Assembly (NCBI GenBank): GCA_907165135.1
Contig: OU015566.1
Span: 9,052,001 to 9,116,000, forward strand
Reading direction: 5' to 3'
Origin: Oikopleura dioica
Lineage: Eukaryota; Animalia; Chordata
Length of the DNA: 64,000 bases
Shown one piece after another: positions 54,147 through 64,000 of the stretch. Within the stretch, counting starts at the first letter, position 1, and every line of letters starts with the position of its first letter. The notes under the pieces were generated by a model. It saw only the letters and a list, made by a program, of their open reading frames with translations. It was not told where the DNA came from and searched no databases. The translations under genes and the position numbers were made by a program.

Positions 54147-54453
54147 AGAGCTATTTCTTTTGAAGCTTTATCCGAAATCAATGAATACTTGGTTTTTTCT
54201 ATTCACGAACCTGTAGGTGACTGCTCTGTTGTTCATGACGAGAAGAGAGGGCTCTTGAAAAATGCTAACTAAGTAAGGCTCACTTGAACTTTTTGAATCA
54301 CTCGGAACTATTCCAGGTAAGTTTAAACTTCATCTCAAATAGAAGTCTTTTCAAAAGAACTTCATCCATTGTATAATTTGAACAGCTACCGGATCCGGTA
54401 ATTTCAGTAGGCAAACAAAAAGAAAATATATTTATTGGATCATTGAACTTGAA

Positions 54454-56377
54454 TTAATCAGAATCGGAGTCTGAGGATGAAGAATCCGAAGATGACTCAT
54501 CAACTTCTTTAGGAGCTGGATGGGAAGCATATTGTCCGTAAGGAGTAGACATCGGTTGGCCATAAGCAGGGATGGGTTGCCCATAAACAGGCATCAATGC
54601 CGGCTGACCTTGAGGATAGCCTTGGAAGGGAACAGCTGGATAACCATGTGGAGGAATCGGAGCGACAGCCTGGTTAACAGGTTCTAAGAGATCGTTATAA
54701 AAATATTTCGAATACTTCGTACCGATTGCTCCAGATTCAGAAGGATCTTTGCAGCAGCATGTGCATCCGATGAAATTTGCTTGGAAGAAAGAAAGAGCCA
54801 TAACAAGAGTTAAGAAGATCCATTCGCATATGACAACAGCAATAAACGACCCAAAGAATGTCCAGTTATGCCAATATGCATGATCCATGACATAGTCCAT
54901 CCAATAAAGATGCGCTCCAACACAAAATGTGATATAACCGTAGCAGAGGACGGCAATCGAGCCAGCAACATTTCCCATTGCAGCTTAACCGCTGTTAAAG
55001 TCATATAACGACCAGGAATTTTACCTGTTGGTCCAAACTTTGCGAAGAAATCTATCATTTCCTTATTTTTGGCTACGCTGACCCCAAGAGAACCAGCTGT
55101 CAGACTCAATATGGCGCAGAGAATGCCTGTTCCATACGTAGGGTTTCTCACGGGAAAATGGTATTTATCTTTTTTTTCTGAAAATTTCAGTGTAGGCTTA
55201 ATTTGACCCGCTGATTCCAAAAATACAAAAATCAGAGGCGCCGGTCGACGTTTTGGTGGAGCGGCGCGCGCTGTCTTGGCGCACTTGGTGCAAGGGTGAT
55301 TTTTCAGTGAAAATTTTCCAAAATAGTTTTCTATAGGTTTTTGAACATGGTGAGCACGAAAATCATATTTTTTTTGGCTAAATAAAAGTAATTATTATAC
55401 ATCAGTATCTTTCAACATATGCAGTTAATCATTTCATGAGATACTAGGTACATTGGCTCTGACTTCTCTGGAAAAAATAAGAATAGTCTGCTTTGACTTC
55501 TTTGTTAAATCTCTGGAGAAGATTGGATTCGTTCTGCCGAAGGAATATGTTTTTTTTTAAACTTTTTTATATTTTGAGAATCTTTACACTTGTTGCAAGT
55601 TGCAAACCCATGTTCAGAAAGTAATCGACAATAAGCTTTTTGGCATTTTCGAGGGTAAGCCACATTATTTACAAAGAAGTTATCATTTTTGAATCGGAAA
55701 TCCCCCAATTATTGCATCGAACCACTTTATTTCGTCACCTTTTACAAAAAGGTTCGGACTGCTCCCCGGGCGCTCTGAAAATAAGCGCGCGCCCAAGCCC
55801 TAACGATTAGTTAACCCTCAGTTTGAGTATCTGCTGAATGTTGCTGAATTCTGAAAATTTGAGAGACTAGTGATAAAGGTCTATTATCCATCATATCTAA
55901 AAATCTAAGGTGTATTTTAGTGTACTCCGGGAGAAAAGTGAGAAAATTTGAGTAAAAAGTGATTTTTCGGCATAATTTGATATTTTAAAGGAAAATAAAT
56001 TTGATATTTGGAATCTGCGACCTTTAATTAGTAGGTTTGGGAATTAAAATTTTGATTTTTGATAAAAAATAAGAGTTCGATTTTGGCGCCGGAAGGCCCG
56101 GAGCGCGCCGCGCCTTTCCCGTGAAAAACCCTATCCATACGTCCACGAGTACATTGGAAAGTATTGGCTTCGGGAACAGTAGTAGTACCCATTACCCGAG
56201 TGATACCGATAACATCTATCCCGCACGTACCAGTCCATCCAAATCCATGTTGAGTCAAGGATCATGAGAAATATGGAAAATGTAATAAGGGTCGCCCCTG
56301 TTGCCTAAGAACATTTTGATGTGAAGGTCTTGGATATAGAAATGAACCTTTGAAACACTTTGATAATTATGCTTCAT
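54454..56377 (-). CDS. CD20/MS4A-like four-TM protein with P/Y/G/Q-rich tail (paralog B, carries the transposon-derived intron)
   Basis: MKHNYQSVSK|ATGATLITFSIFLMILDS...YSWT|...YGTGILCAILSLTAGSLG; four hydrophobic helices, CTCCC, and YGQP repeats. Confidence 0.8.
55139..56133. mobile_element. Non-autonomous hAT-type element (995 bp) inserted in a coding exon; predicted to be spliced as an intron
   Basis: 19-bp TIRs TAGGGTTT(C/T)TCACGGGAAA at 55139-57 and 56115-33, and an exact 8-bp TSD TCCATACG at 55131-38 and 56134-41. Confidence 0.88.
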
Positions 56378-56734
56378 CTCTTGTTCCCAAACGATTCTCT
56401 CTACTGATTCTCTGTTGAACAGGAACTATTTAAGCCCTGTCTATTTGCAAGTGGCTTCGATAGATTGCCAAACAATCAATTTTCATGGTTACGGTGTTTA
56501 TCGGCCGTGGGTCGGACATCTCTTAATGCGATAGGATGTTGTAAAGGAACCGTAGGAAATTTACCTGATGTAGGAGTACCAATTTGATGGTAACGATAGC
56601 ACACCAAAAAATAAAATACAACTTGTCTTGAATGCAAAAGCTGAAATCTATCAACAATTCAAAAGAAAATATTATAGAAAGAAAATAAATGCATTTATTA
56701 TTAACATGAATCAATCGGAATCAGAAAGAAAAAC

Positions 56735-57621
56735 TCATTGGAAAGAAGATTCATTCACTTGTTGAGGAGCTGCATTGGCTTCGTAATGACCATAAGGAGC
56801 CTGTGCTGACTGATCATAATTCGGCTGAGCTGCTGGAGGATATTCCTCTTGAGTGGTTGGATAAACTTGGGTTGGATTCGGTTGACCCAGTGGAACACTT
56901 GGTTCGATTGCTACTGGATAAACTTGTCCAGGAGCTGGATATTGCTGAAAATTCTGAGTACCAATCATCTCACCGGCTGGTTCTATAATCTCTATAAATT
57001 CGGAGTATTTAATCGTTGATTACCAATGGCTCCAACTTCCGATGGATCCCTACAACAGCAAGTACATCCTATGAAGTTTGCTTGGAAGAAGGACAAAGCC
57101 ATGATCAATGTTAGAAATATCCACTCGCAGATAAGGACTGCAATGAGTGAAGCCCAAAATGCAGTTTTATTCCAATTGGCAACCCAAGACATCCAATAGA
57201 GGTGAGCTGCAACGCACCAAGAAATGTAGCCATAGAAGAAGATTGCAATCGAGCCAGCAACATTTCCCATTACCGCTATCTAGATATAATGATCAGAATA
57301 AAATGAAAAATATCACCGGTTGGGCCAAATTTTGCAAAGAAATCAACCAATGTTTCATTACATGACACACAGACTCCGAGCGATCCAGCTACCAAGCTCA
57401 ATATCCCGCAGATTATGCCTGTTCCGTACGTCCAAGTATAGATTGGAAAATATGACGAGTAGCTGTGCCCAGCGAGATATAAATCATACCAGACCAAAGT
57501 CGAGTCGAAGATGATTAGTAAAATCGAAAATGTAATGAGCGTTGCTCCAGTTGCCTTAAATAGTGAGACGCCTTTATTTTGAAATCATTACCTTTGAAAC
57601 ACTCTGATAGTTGTGCTTCAT
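56735..57621 (-). CDS. CD20/MS4A-like four-TM protein (paralog A, empty site)
   Basis: Same first exon MKHNYQSVSK, an uninterrupted YFPIYTWTYGTGIICGILSLVAGSLG, CTCCC and a P/Q/Y-rich tail. Confidence 0.8.
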
Positions 57622-58237
57622 TCTTAGAGGGACGACGTTCTCTACTTATTTCTTCGTTGATCAAGAGGTATTTAAACCATTTCTATTTGTCAAGAATACC
57701 GATAAGATTCAGAGCAGTTAATTTTCATGGTGACCGCGTTAATCAACTGTTGGTTACCAAGGCAAAAGTCAATTCTTAAAATTCTAGGAGGTCTAGGAAC
57801 TTGATTATTTGAACTCAATGCTTTTCCTTTCGACAATAACTGTCTTAGCAAAGACAAAACATTCTTTAATTTTGACTCAAAATGATTATAATGTCTACGA
57901 TCTCACAAAAGAGTCCGCTAGAACTCATAATGAAATTATAAGAGTCTTAAAATAATAGACCTCCTTTGTAGCTGTTGATTTGAACAGCTAGAATTCGAAG
58001 CATTCTATGTAAGTGAAATCTTGTATTTGCCCTAGATCCCCTCGTCAAAGACTTATGCGTTTTTACGAATGTTTAATCAGTCCTTTATCCATTTTTGTGT
58101 TTCTAAGCTCTTTTCATCATTTTTCGCATCCGACTCAATTCTTTTGTCGCGCTTACTATTGAAAAAGTAACTCGTCCAGATGATTATCGAGACCAGTTTC
58201 AATTGCAAATCGCCCCAAAGAAGATGACCAGAGAAAG

Positions 58238-61200
58238 ATGACGGACATAATCTCAGTTGCTGATCATATTAGAGATGCTCAGACTGGACACACGATTTAT
58301 GGACACAATTATGCGAGATCTATTGGAAAAATAAAGATCTTCAGAATTCTTACTTCGAAAAAATGGAACGCGTTTCTTCAATTCACGACTCTCATTCACT
58401 GTATTCTTCGAGTTTGGGAAAATGAATTTACTGGACCAAGAAAAGTAACAGACAGACTCAGTGATGATGAAACTCCGCTTTGGCCTGTTATTGTCTCCGG
58501 ATTTATTTTGGCAATTTACGTCTCTCATTCGATTTTGATCATTCTTTTCTATAGGAAGAATCTAGTACGCTGGAAGGAATTTGAAAATAGTGGACCGATG
58601 AGGGCCGAACTGATTTATCTTGTGCTTAGTTGTCTTTTTCTTATTGATTTTATGCTTTTAGTAAGTGATTTTTCTTGATCCAGAATTCTTAAAATTCAGA
58701 CAATACAACACTGTCTTGGACAAAGAATGCCACAAGTTTTCGCCTGCTTCCGTTCCCTACTAATTCTGACTGTTCGGCCAAAATCCCGCCACGTTTTCAA
58801 AGTCATCACCCTCGTCTCCTTCAAAATGTGGAAATTCTGGGCGGCCTTATTTGGCTTTATTCTCTTCTTCAGCTCTATGAGCGTGCACACCTTTGCCCAT
58901 ATTTATAATTGTATTATTTCTTGCGATATGGAGTCATTCCGTGAGCTGAATTTAAATTTATTGAATGTGGACGAGTACAGATGTTTTGATGACCCGGTGG
59001 TTAATGATCAGGTAATTATCCATCAGGTCACACCCTGGCAGCAGTAATGGTCTTCGGACTTGGGCCCTTTCTTCGATTTTTGGCCAGAGGTTTAGGAGGA
59101 GTTGGTGCAGGCATCAACCCGCTTCGCAAAATAGCCTACACTTCAAATGAAACACTCAATATCCCTTGTTTCTTACTTGAATGACATAGATAGAAAAGTC
59201 AAAGTACCAGGCGCCACTCGCGATTCTCCAGATAATGTCTTTACTCCCCGCCGATATCCAGGCTGAGGCAAATACAAAGTGATACAGAGCAAACCAGACA
59301 GCGATTTTGACCTTCTCAAAACTCGGGCAGCATTTACAGCATAAAAAACAAGTCTGACAAGGATGAAATAACTAGTCACGAAAAACAGGGACTAGATAAT
59401 TTCATGCCTCTCCTGAATGATCACTATGATATGCCAGACGATGCAGATTATACTTATCGAGAATGCGAATATCCTGGTGCTCTCGAAATGGCAAGAGTGC
59501 TCTTGGCAAGAATGCACAAGCGCGCACATAAATGCCACGAGTTCGAAAAATACATGAAGCGGGTTTAAAACTTTTTCAATGCTCTCTTTTTTATCCGCGA
59601 TACTCTTCAGCGTCTTTTCAAACCTCTTATTCTTCATTTTCTTTTTTCGAAATGACCTAGTTTTGAAAGCAATTTTCAAATGGATTTCAAATTAGTCAAT
59701 TACCAATTATACCTTCTAGTTTAACGCGTCATTTATATTATGCGGCGACTGCTCGAAGGACAATTTGAAGGCCGAGTGGTGCACTGGAAATATCTTTACT
59801 GGAAGTTTCGATCACATAGGACGCGGTTTCGTTTCAATGTTTACAACATTTACGACGGAGAACTATCCTGACATTATGTTCCCGGCGTTTGACTATTCCA
59901 GTGAACGGGTGGGCCAGTTGATCCAAATACTCTTCCTTGATTTCAATTTTCAGAACTCTCGTTGGGTCACACTTTTCTTTTCAATTTACTTGTATCTTGG
60001 TGCGTTCTTCTTCAATGCTCTAATTATTGGCGTTATCATCGATGCTTACTGGGTTGTTTCGAAGGATGAAGTCAAATCTGAGCGTACTCAAATTCGTAAA
60101 TCTCTTGCTCTCGCGTGGGGAAAATTGATCGGAGATGATGCTGATGAGGATGTCAACAAAATATCTGTCGAAGATCCAAAACTTCTAGGTATAAAAGCAT
60201 GTTGTATCTTATTGTATATAGACCTCCCCTAGAACTCTTTGAAACTCTGAAACCTGATAACAACGAGGAAGAAAACAAGAATCTCATATCTATGCTCGAC
60301 ACAATTAATGATGGCTACATTGACCCCTTTGATTGGACAACAAGGCTTCTTGATATTTTACGAATACAGTTTAAAAACGATGAGATCGATGATTCGACGG
60401 AAAATCTTGTTGAGTCAAAACAAAATTACTCGCAAAGACTACTGGTAAGAGTTTAAAATGCACAGTGACGACATTTTTTTATTTAGATTTTTCTGGTACC
60501 GACGCATACGATATTGTTCCTTTCATACTATGTCAATATCAACTGCTACGTTTACCTTGCGATTCACTCGGCTCAGACTCTGATAATTTTAATTTCAATC
60601 AACAAAGAAATTCTTCTCAGAAAAATTACGAAAAAAGTAAAATTTGATCTTACTCTCTACCTCATTGCACTGGGATGCTCGGCTTGCTGGTATATCACTT
60701 TCTTTCTTGATGATTGTGTATGCAAAGACTATTCAAATTGTAAGAAAATCAGAGGAAAAAAGGTTTCTAATATATTTAAGCTTGCAGCACCACTGTGTTA
60801 CTCTTAGCTGTTGGTGGAATTCTACGAGCACTTTCCGCCTTTATTATGCTTTTACGCTTTTTCTTCAGCATTTCATGGTTTGACAAAGGATCCTCCATGA
60901 TCTCATATCTTTTCAATATAATTGTTGACCTCTTTGTTGTTGTCATGGTTCTTCAATACTTCTTCGCCCAAGTTGGATACGAGTCCTTTGTGGGCACCGA
61001 ACTCGACCTTTCAATTATCATTTCTGGGCGAGACGCTTCTGGTTACAACTGCGGCTTTGGCTTCGATTCGTTTCTCTGCTCGATTCTGATCCAGCTTCAA
61101 ATCTTTAGCACAAACGATTGGCCAGCAATCATGGAAAATCTTGCGCTCGACTATGAACCAAAATTTTTCGTATACCTCTACTTCATTGGATGCTTCATCA

Positions 61201-62335
61201 TCATAAATCTGGTCTGCATGCAAATGGTGATCGCGGTCATTTTAGAAGCATTCAAGATTTTTTCAAATAAAGACTCGCAGAAAGACTTGGAAAAGTTACA
61301 AGATGACAAGCGAAAATCAAAGAACTCTTTCAATCTGGCGGATATGCTCACTACTTTTGCTACTCAAACCTCATCCAGGTTATTTTTAGTTGGGTAGGGA
61401 GTAGTTTTGATTATTATTTTAGCAATTCTTCATCAGAAAACTCATCAAATCAGCCTCGACCAGATGATTCGGATGTTTTCTTCGTTGGAGCGAAAGTTAT
61501 CTTAGAAAAAGATTATACCGACCAACTGAACGACATTTATCTCGACAAAGGAGACGAGATCGAAATTGTCGACACAACAAACAACCACGTGACCGCGTCG
61601 ATGGAGGGCGAGATTATCGGTTCTGTACCGAAAACAATTTTGAAAGGGTTCAAGGAAGCAGAGCCTGTTGTTCCTAATCCGAGGCTGAGTCACAGAGCAG
61701 TGGCAATTAGACGTAAGTAAATGACGGTACCATATTGTTAATTAATACCGTTGAGCTGTCTGAGAGTAGACTGACATGTCACATGTGTATGCAAGAATTT
61801 TACTCAATCGGCCCCTACTTATTATTTATAGCCGAGAGCTGGACTGTTGGCGTTCATGGCGACATGACAGTAATGAACAAGGATGAAATGGCGAAGCTCA
61901 ATCAAGTATTCAAGGGCTCACTGATGACAGGAGAAGAACGCCTCCATCAGAGAAAGAAGAAGAGGCGAAAAAGAACGGTTTCTGATGAAAGGCCAAATTG
62001 GGTCGACTCTTTTAGGTCTTGGTTTTGGAATTTTTCAATAAAATGAAATCACAAAATTAAGTTTTTATTTTTTGAAAGCCAAAATAAGCAAAGATTTCAA
62101 CGTTCAAATAAGTGTGAATGAATCTGTAGAAGACTCGATTGAAGTGATTCAAGAAGAACCAGAGCCTGATGAGAGCGAAATCACTATGGAACGAACTGCT
62201 ACAAAAGTCAAGTTCTCTGAAGTCATTCATGAAATTCCACAACCCGAGAGCCGCGAAGAATCACCTGTTGTTCCGCTTTCAAGGAAAGAATTGATGCGAC
62301 AAAGGAGAAGAAACGACAGTATAAAGAAAATATGA
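58238..62335 (+). CDS. TPCN: Two-pore-channel-like protein (2 x 6TM, central EF-hand-like linker) with extended C-terminus; start may lie further upstream
   Basis: N-terminal VADHIRDA motif, pore I SFDHIGRGFVSMFTTFTTENYPDIMFPAF, linker DTINDGYIDPFDW, pore II FDSFLCSILIQLQIFSTNDWPAIM, and S6 segments NALIIGVIIDAY and MVIAVILEAF. Confidence 0.85.
59092..59637 (-). CDS. Candidate nested antisense multi-TM gene inside a TPC intron
   Basis: ORFs 59392-59679 and 59173-59379 join in frame through a 36-nt GC-AG intron. A GTAAG donor leads to a third exon, and the product has several hydrophobic segments. Confidence 0.45.
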
Positions 62336-62349
62336 TAAATGTATATTTC

Positions 62350-63570
62350 TGTACTTTATAAATTATCAATTTTAATAAAGCAAATGAGTAATGAATGACA
62401 ACTCTTTCAGACTTAGGATAGACGACAGCAGGGGGCTCAAGGTGATTATTGTTTCCATTTTGAAAACGGAAATTGTCCCAAAATCCGCGGGATTTGTATT
62501 TCAACGCTGGAAAACGAGGATGCACAATTGCGTTGCGTAGATGGCGTAAATTGGCACGTAAATTGTGACAAGCGAATCTGAATAAATAAGATAATCGAGT
62601 AGGGCCCATTAGGTGTAAATACCCATTAGGTGTAAATTCCATTAGGTGTAATTTTCTAGAAGGTGTAACACACCTAATGGATATTTACACCTAATGGGAA
62701 CTTACACCTATTGGGTGAAAATTCTTTGTTTTGGGACATTTGGTGTAAATTGTTGCCGAATTCATTTCTTTCGATCGAAAAAACTCTGCGAAATCCGACT
62801 GCTGACGAGAAAATACAAAGAAAAACAAGAAAAAAAACCTTGATCTGCCTGAATATAAATAATACGAATAAAAGAGATTCTCAATAAAACCGGTCAAGAA
62901 GGAAGCTCTTTGATAATATCGTCCTTGAAGCCTCTTTATTTTTATAAAATGAAACGACTTCTGCAGGAACCAAAGCATCGGACTTGAATTTACTTGCTCC
63001 ATCAAAATCTTTTTCATCGAACTTTTTCTTTGGAAGCGAGCTCTGCGTTTGATTCGTTTATACAAGCCGATCATAATGCCTTTACACAGTTTTTGAATAC
63101 TTCCCTCTAAATAATTGACAACAGAAGGAAATTCGTCACGAAGTAGGACAGTACCTGATTTGTACTTTTCGATGAAGAGACAAATCTCATGAATGAATCC
63201 TAACGAGCCAATAGTTGCAATCGACTTTTCCGAGTTAAGCTGCGACAGGATAATCATCGACTCGTTAACGACATCTTTACATTTTGACGTGCGCACAATA
63301 CTGTACAAAGGTCGTAGTAGTTCTGAAGTGACGCAGCCAAATTGGAGCAATTTCAGGCACTAAATCACGATCGCGTCGTTTTCTTTGTGACTAAGCATGG
63401 TGAGCAGAAGTGGTCGGGAGTTCTGTGTCAGTTTCTCGCTCTTTGTGAAAAAGAAATCGCTGTAGCTGCTGAGGAGGACTTGTAGTATTTCTCAAGATAT
63501 GCCATCGAATCTTTGAGGTTGAGGTCTGCTTTCGGAGCTGGTACTTTCGTATTCATTGAGATCTTCATCC
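62350..63570 (-). CDS. Hypothetical helical-repeat-like protein; 5' structure unresolved
   Basis: Long ORF 63350-62691 with amphipathic helices, and a terminal exon FACHNLRANLRHLRNAIVHPRF.... An in-frame TAG lies just upstream of 63350. Confidence 0.5.
62605..62715. repeat. Palindromic mini-array: 3 x CCATTAGGTGTAA followed by 3 inverted copies
   Basis: Directly visible, with a period of about 17 bp. It lies in an intron of the minus-strand gene. Confidence 0.8.
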
Positions 63571-63738
63571 ATTTGCAGCTGCGTTGTCGTTTTGCTTAAA
63601 ACACTGTTATACAATTATATTGACTATATGAATTTGAATTCTAGTGCTTCTAGAACTTAAGTCTACAGATATTTTCATAAAAATTGAACATTTACTTCTC
63701 GATTTTCTGCAGGAGTCTACTTATTATTAGAGATAAAA

Positions 63739-63969
63739 ATGAAGCGTAAAAAGGATGATGAAAAGAATGAGGATTTGGAATTAACAAAAGAAGTCAGCGA
63801 CATGGTTAAGAAAGCGCCAAAAGCTAAACTTGAGCTCAAAGACTTGCTTACGCCTGAACGTCCCCCAACGATGATTGAAACTCAAGAAATCATCGATGAT
63901 TCTACCAGTACCGATCCAAAGGAAAAGTGCTCTTTATTAATAATTGAATTACCTTGCAATTTGTCGTAA
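63739..63969 (+). CDS. First exon of a hypothetical protein running off the window
   Basis: ATG after TAG...AAAA, then a charged ORF MKRKKDDEKNEDLELTKE. Confidence 0.5.
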   Translation: MKRKKDDEKNEDLELTKEVSDMVKKAPKAKLELKDLLTPERPPTMIETQEIIDDSTSTDPKEKCSLLIIELPCNLS

Positions 63970-64000
63970 GGATAAACTTCCAAGTAGCCTCGGTCAGAAA

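Noticed and set aside
1-64000. tRNA, rRNA, CRISPR arrays, prokaryotic systems or an autonomous transposase/RT ORF
   Set aside because: None was recognisable by eye. The sequence is intron-containing eukaryotic DNA, and many antisense ORFs in the track are shadows of real exons.

Overview
This is compact eukaryotic DNA with AT-rich 30-60 nt introns, very short intergenic gaps and lineage-specific secreted proteins. The host is most likely an appendicularian tunicate (Oikopleura-like), which is an inference from architecture and gene content. Genes are dense at 0.2-15 kb and 35.8-64 kb. The 16-35 kb stretch is gene-poor and only partly interpretable. Recognisable genes are two tandem secreted EF-hand proteins, an LRR protein, a RING-HC protein, two tandem secreted VWA-EGF-CUB proteins, a DNAJA co-chaperone, an enlarged MRPL28, an XTBD/dsRBD (CDKN2AIP/NKRF-type) protein, a BTB protein, two tandem CD20/MS4A-like 4-TM proteins and a two-pore-channel-like gene. 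Four non-autonomous DNA elements are defined by TIRs and target-site duplications. The main finding is a 995-bp hAT-type element inserted into a coding exon of one CD20-like paralog, where it appears to act as a new intron (introner-like). Its donor GT lies in the TSD, its acceptor AG is created by the single TIR mismatch, and splicing would add 3 codons; the sister paralog has no insertion at this site. Other notable items are a perfect 282-bp-arm TTAA-flanked foldback element, a TPC-like channel with acidic filters, an SH3-like tail and a nested antisense gene, and a possible lysozyme-like domain on the VWA-CUB proteins. All gene models were spliced by eye, and no database search was run.
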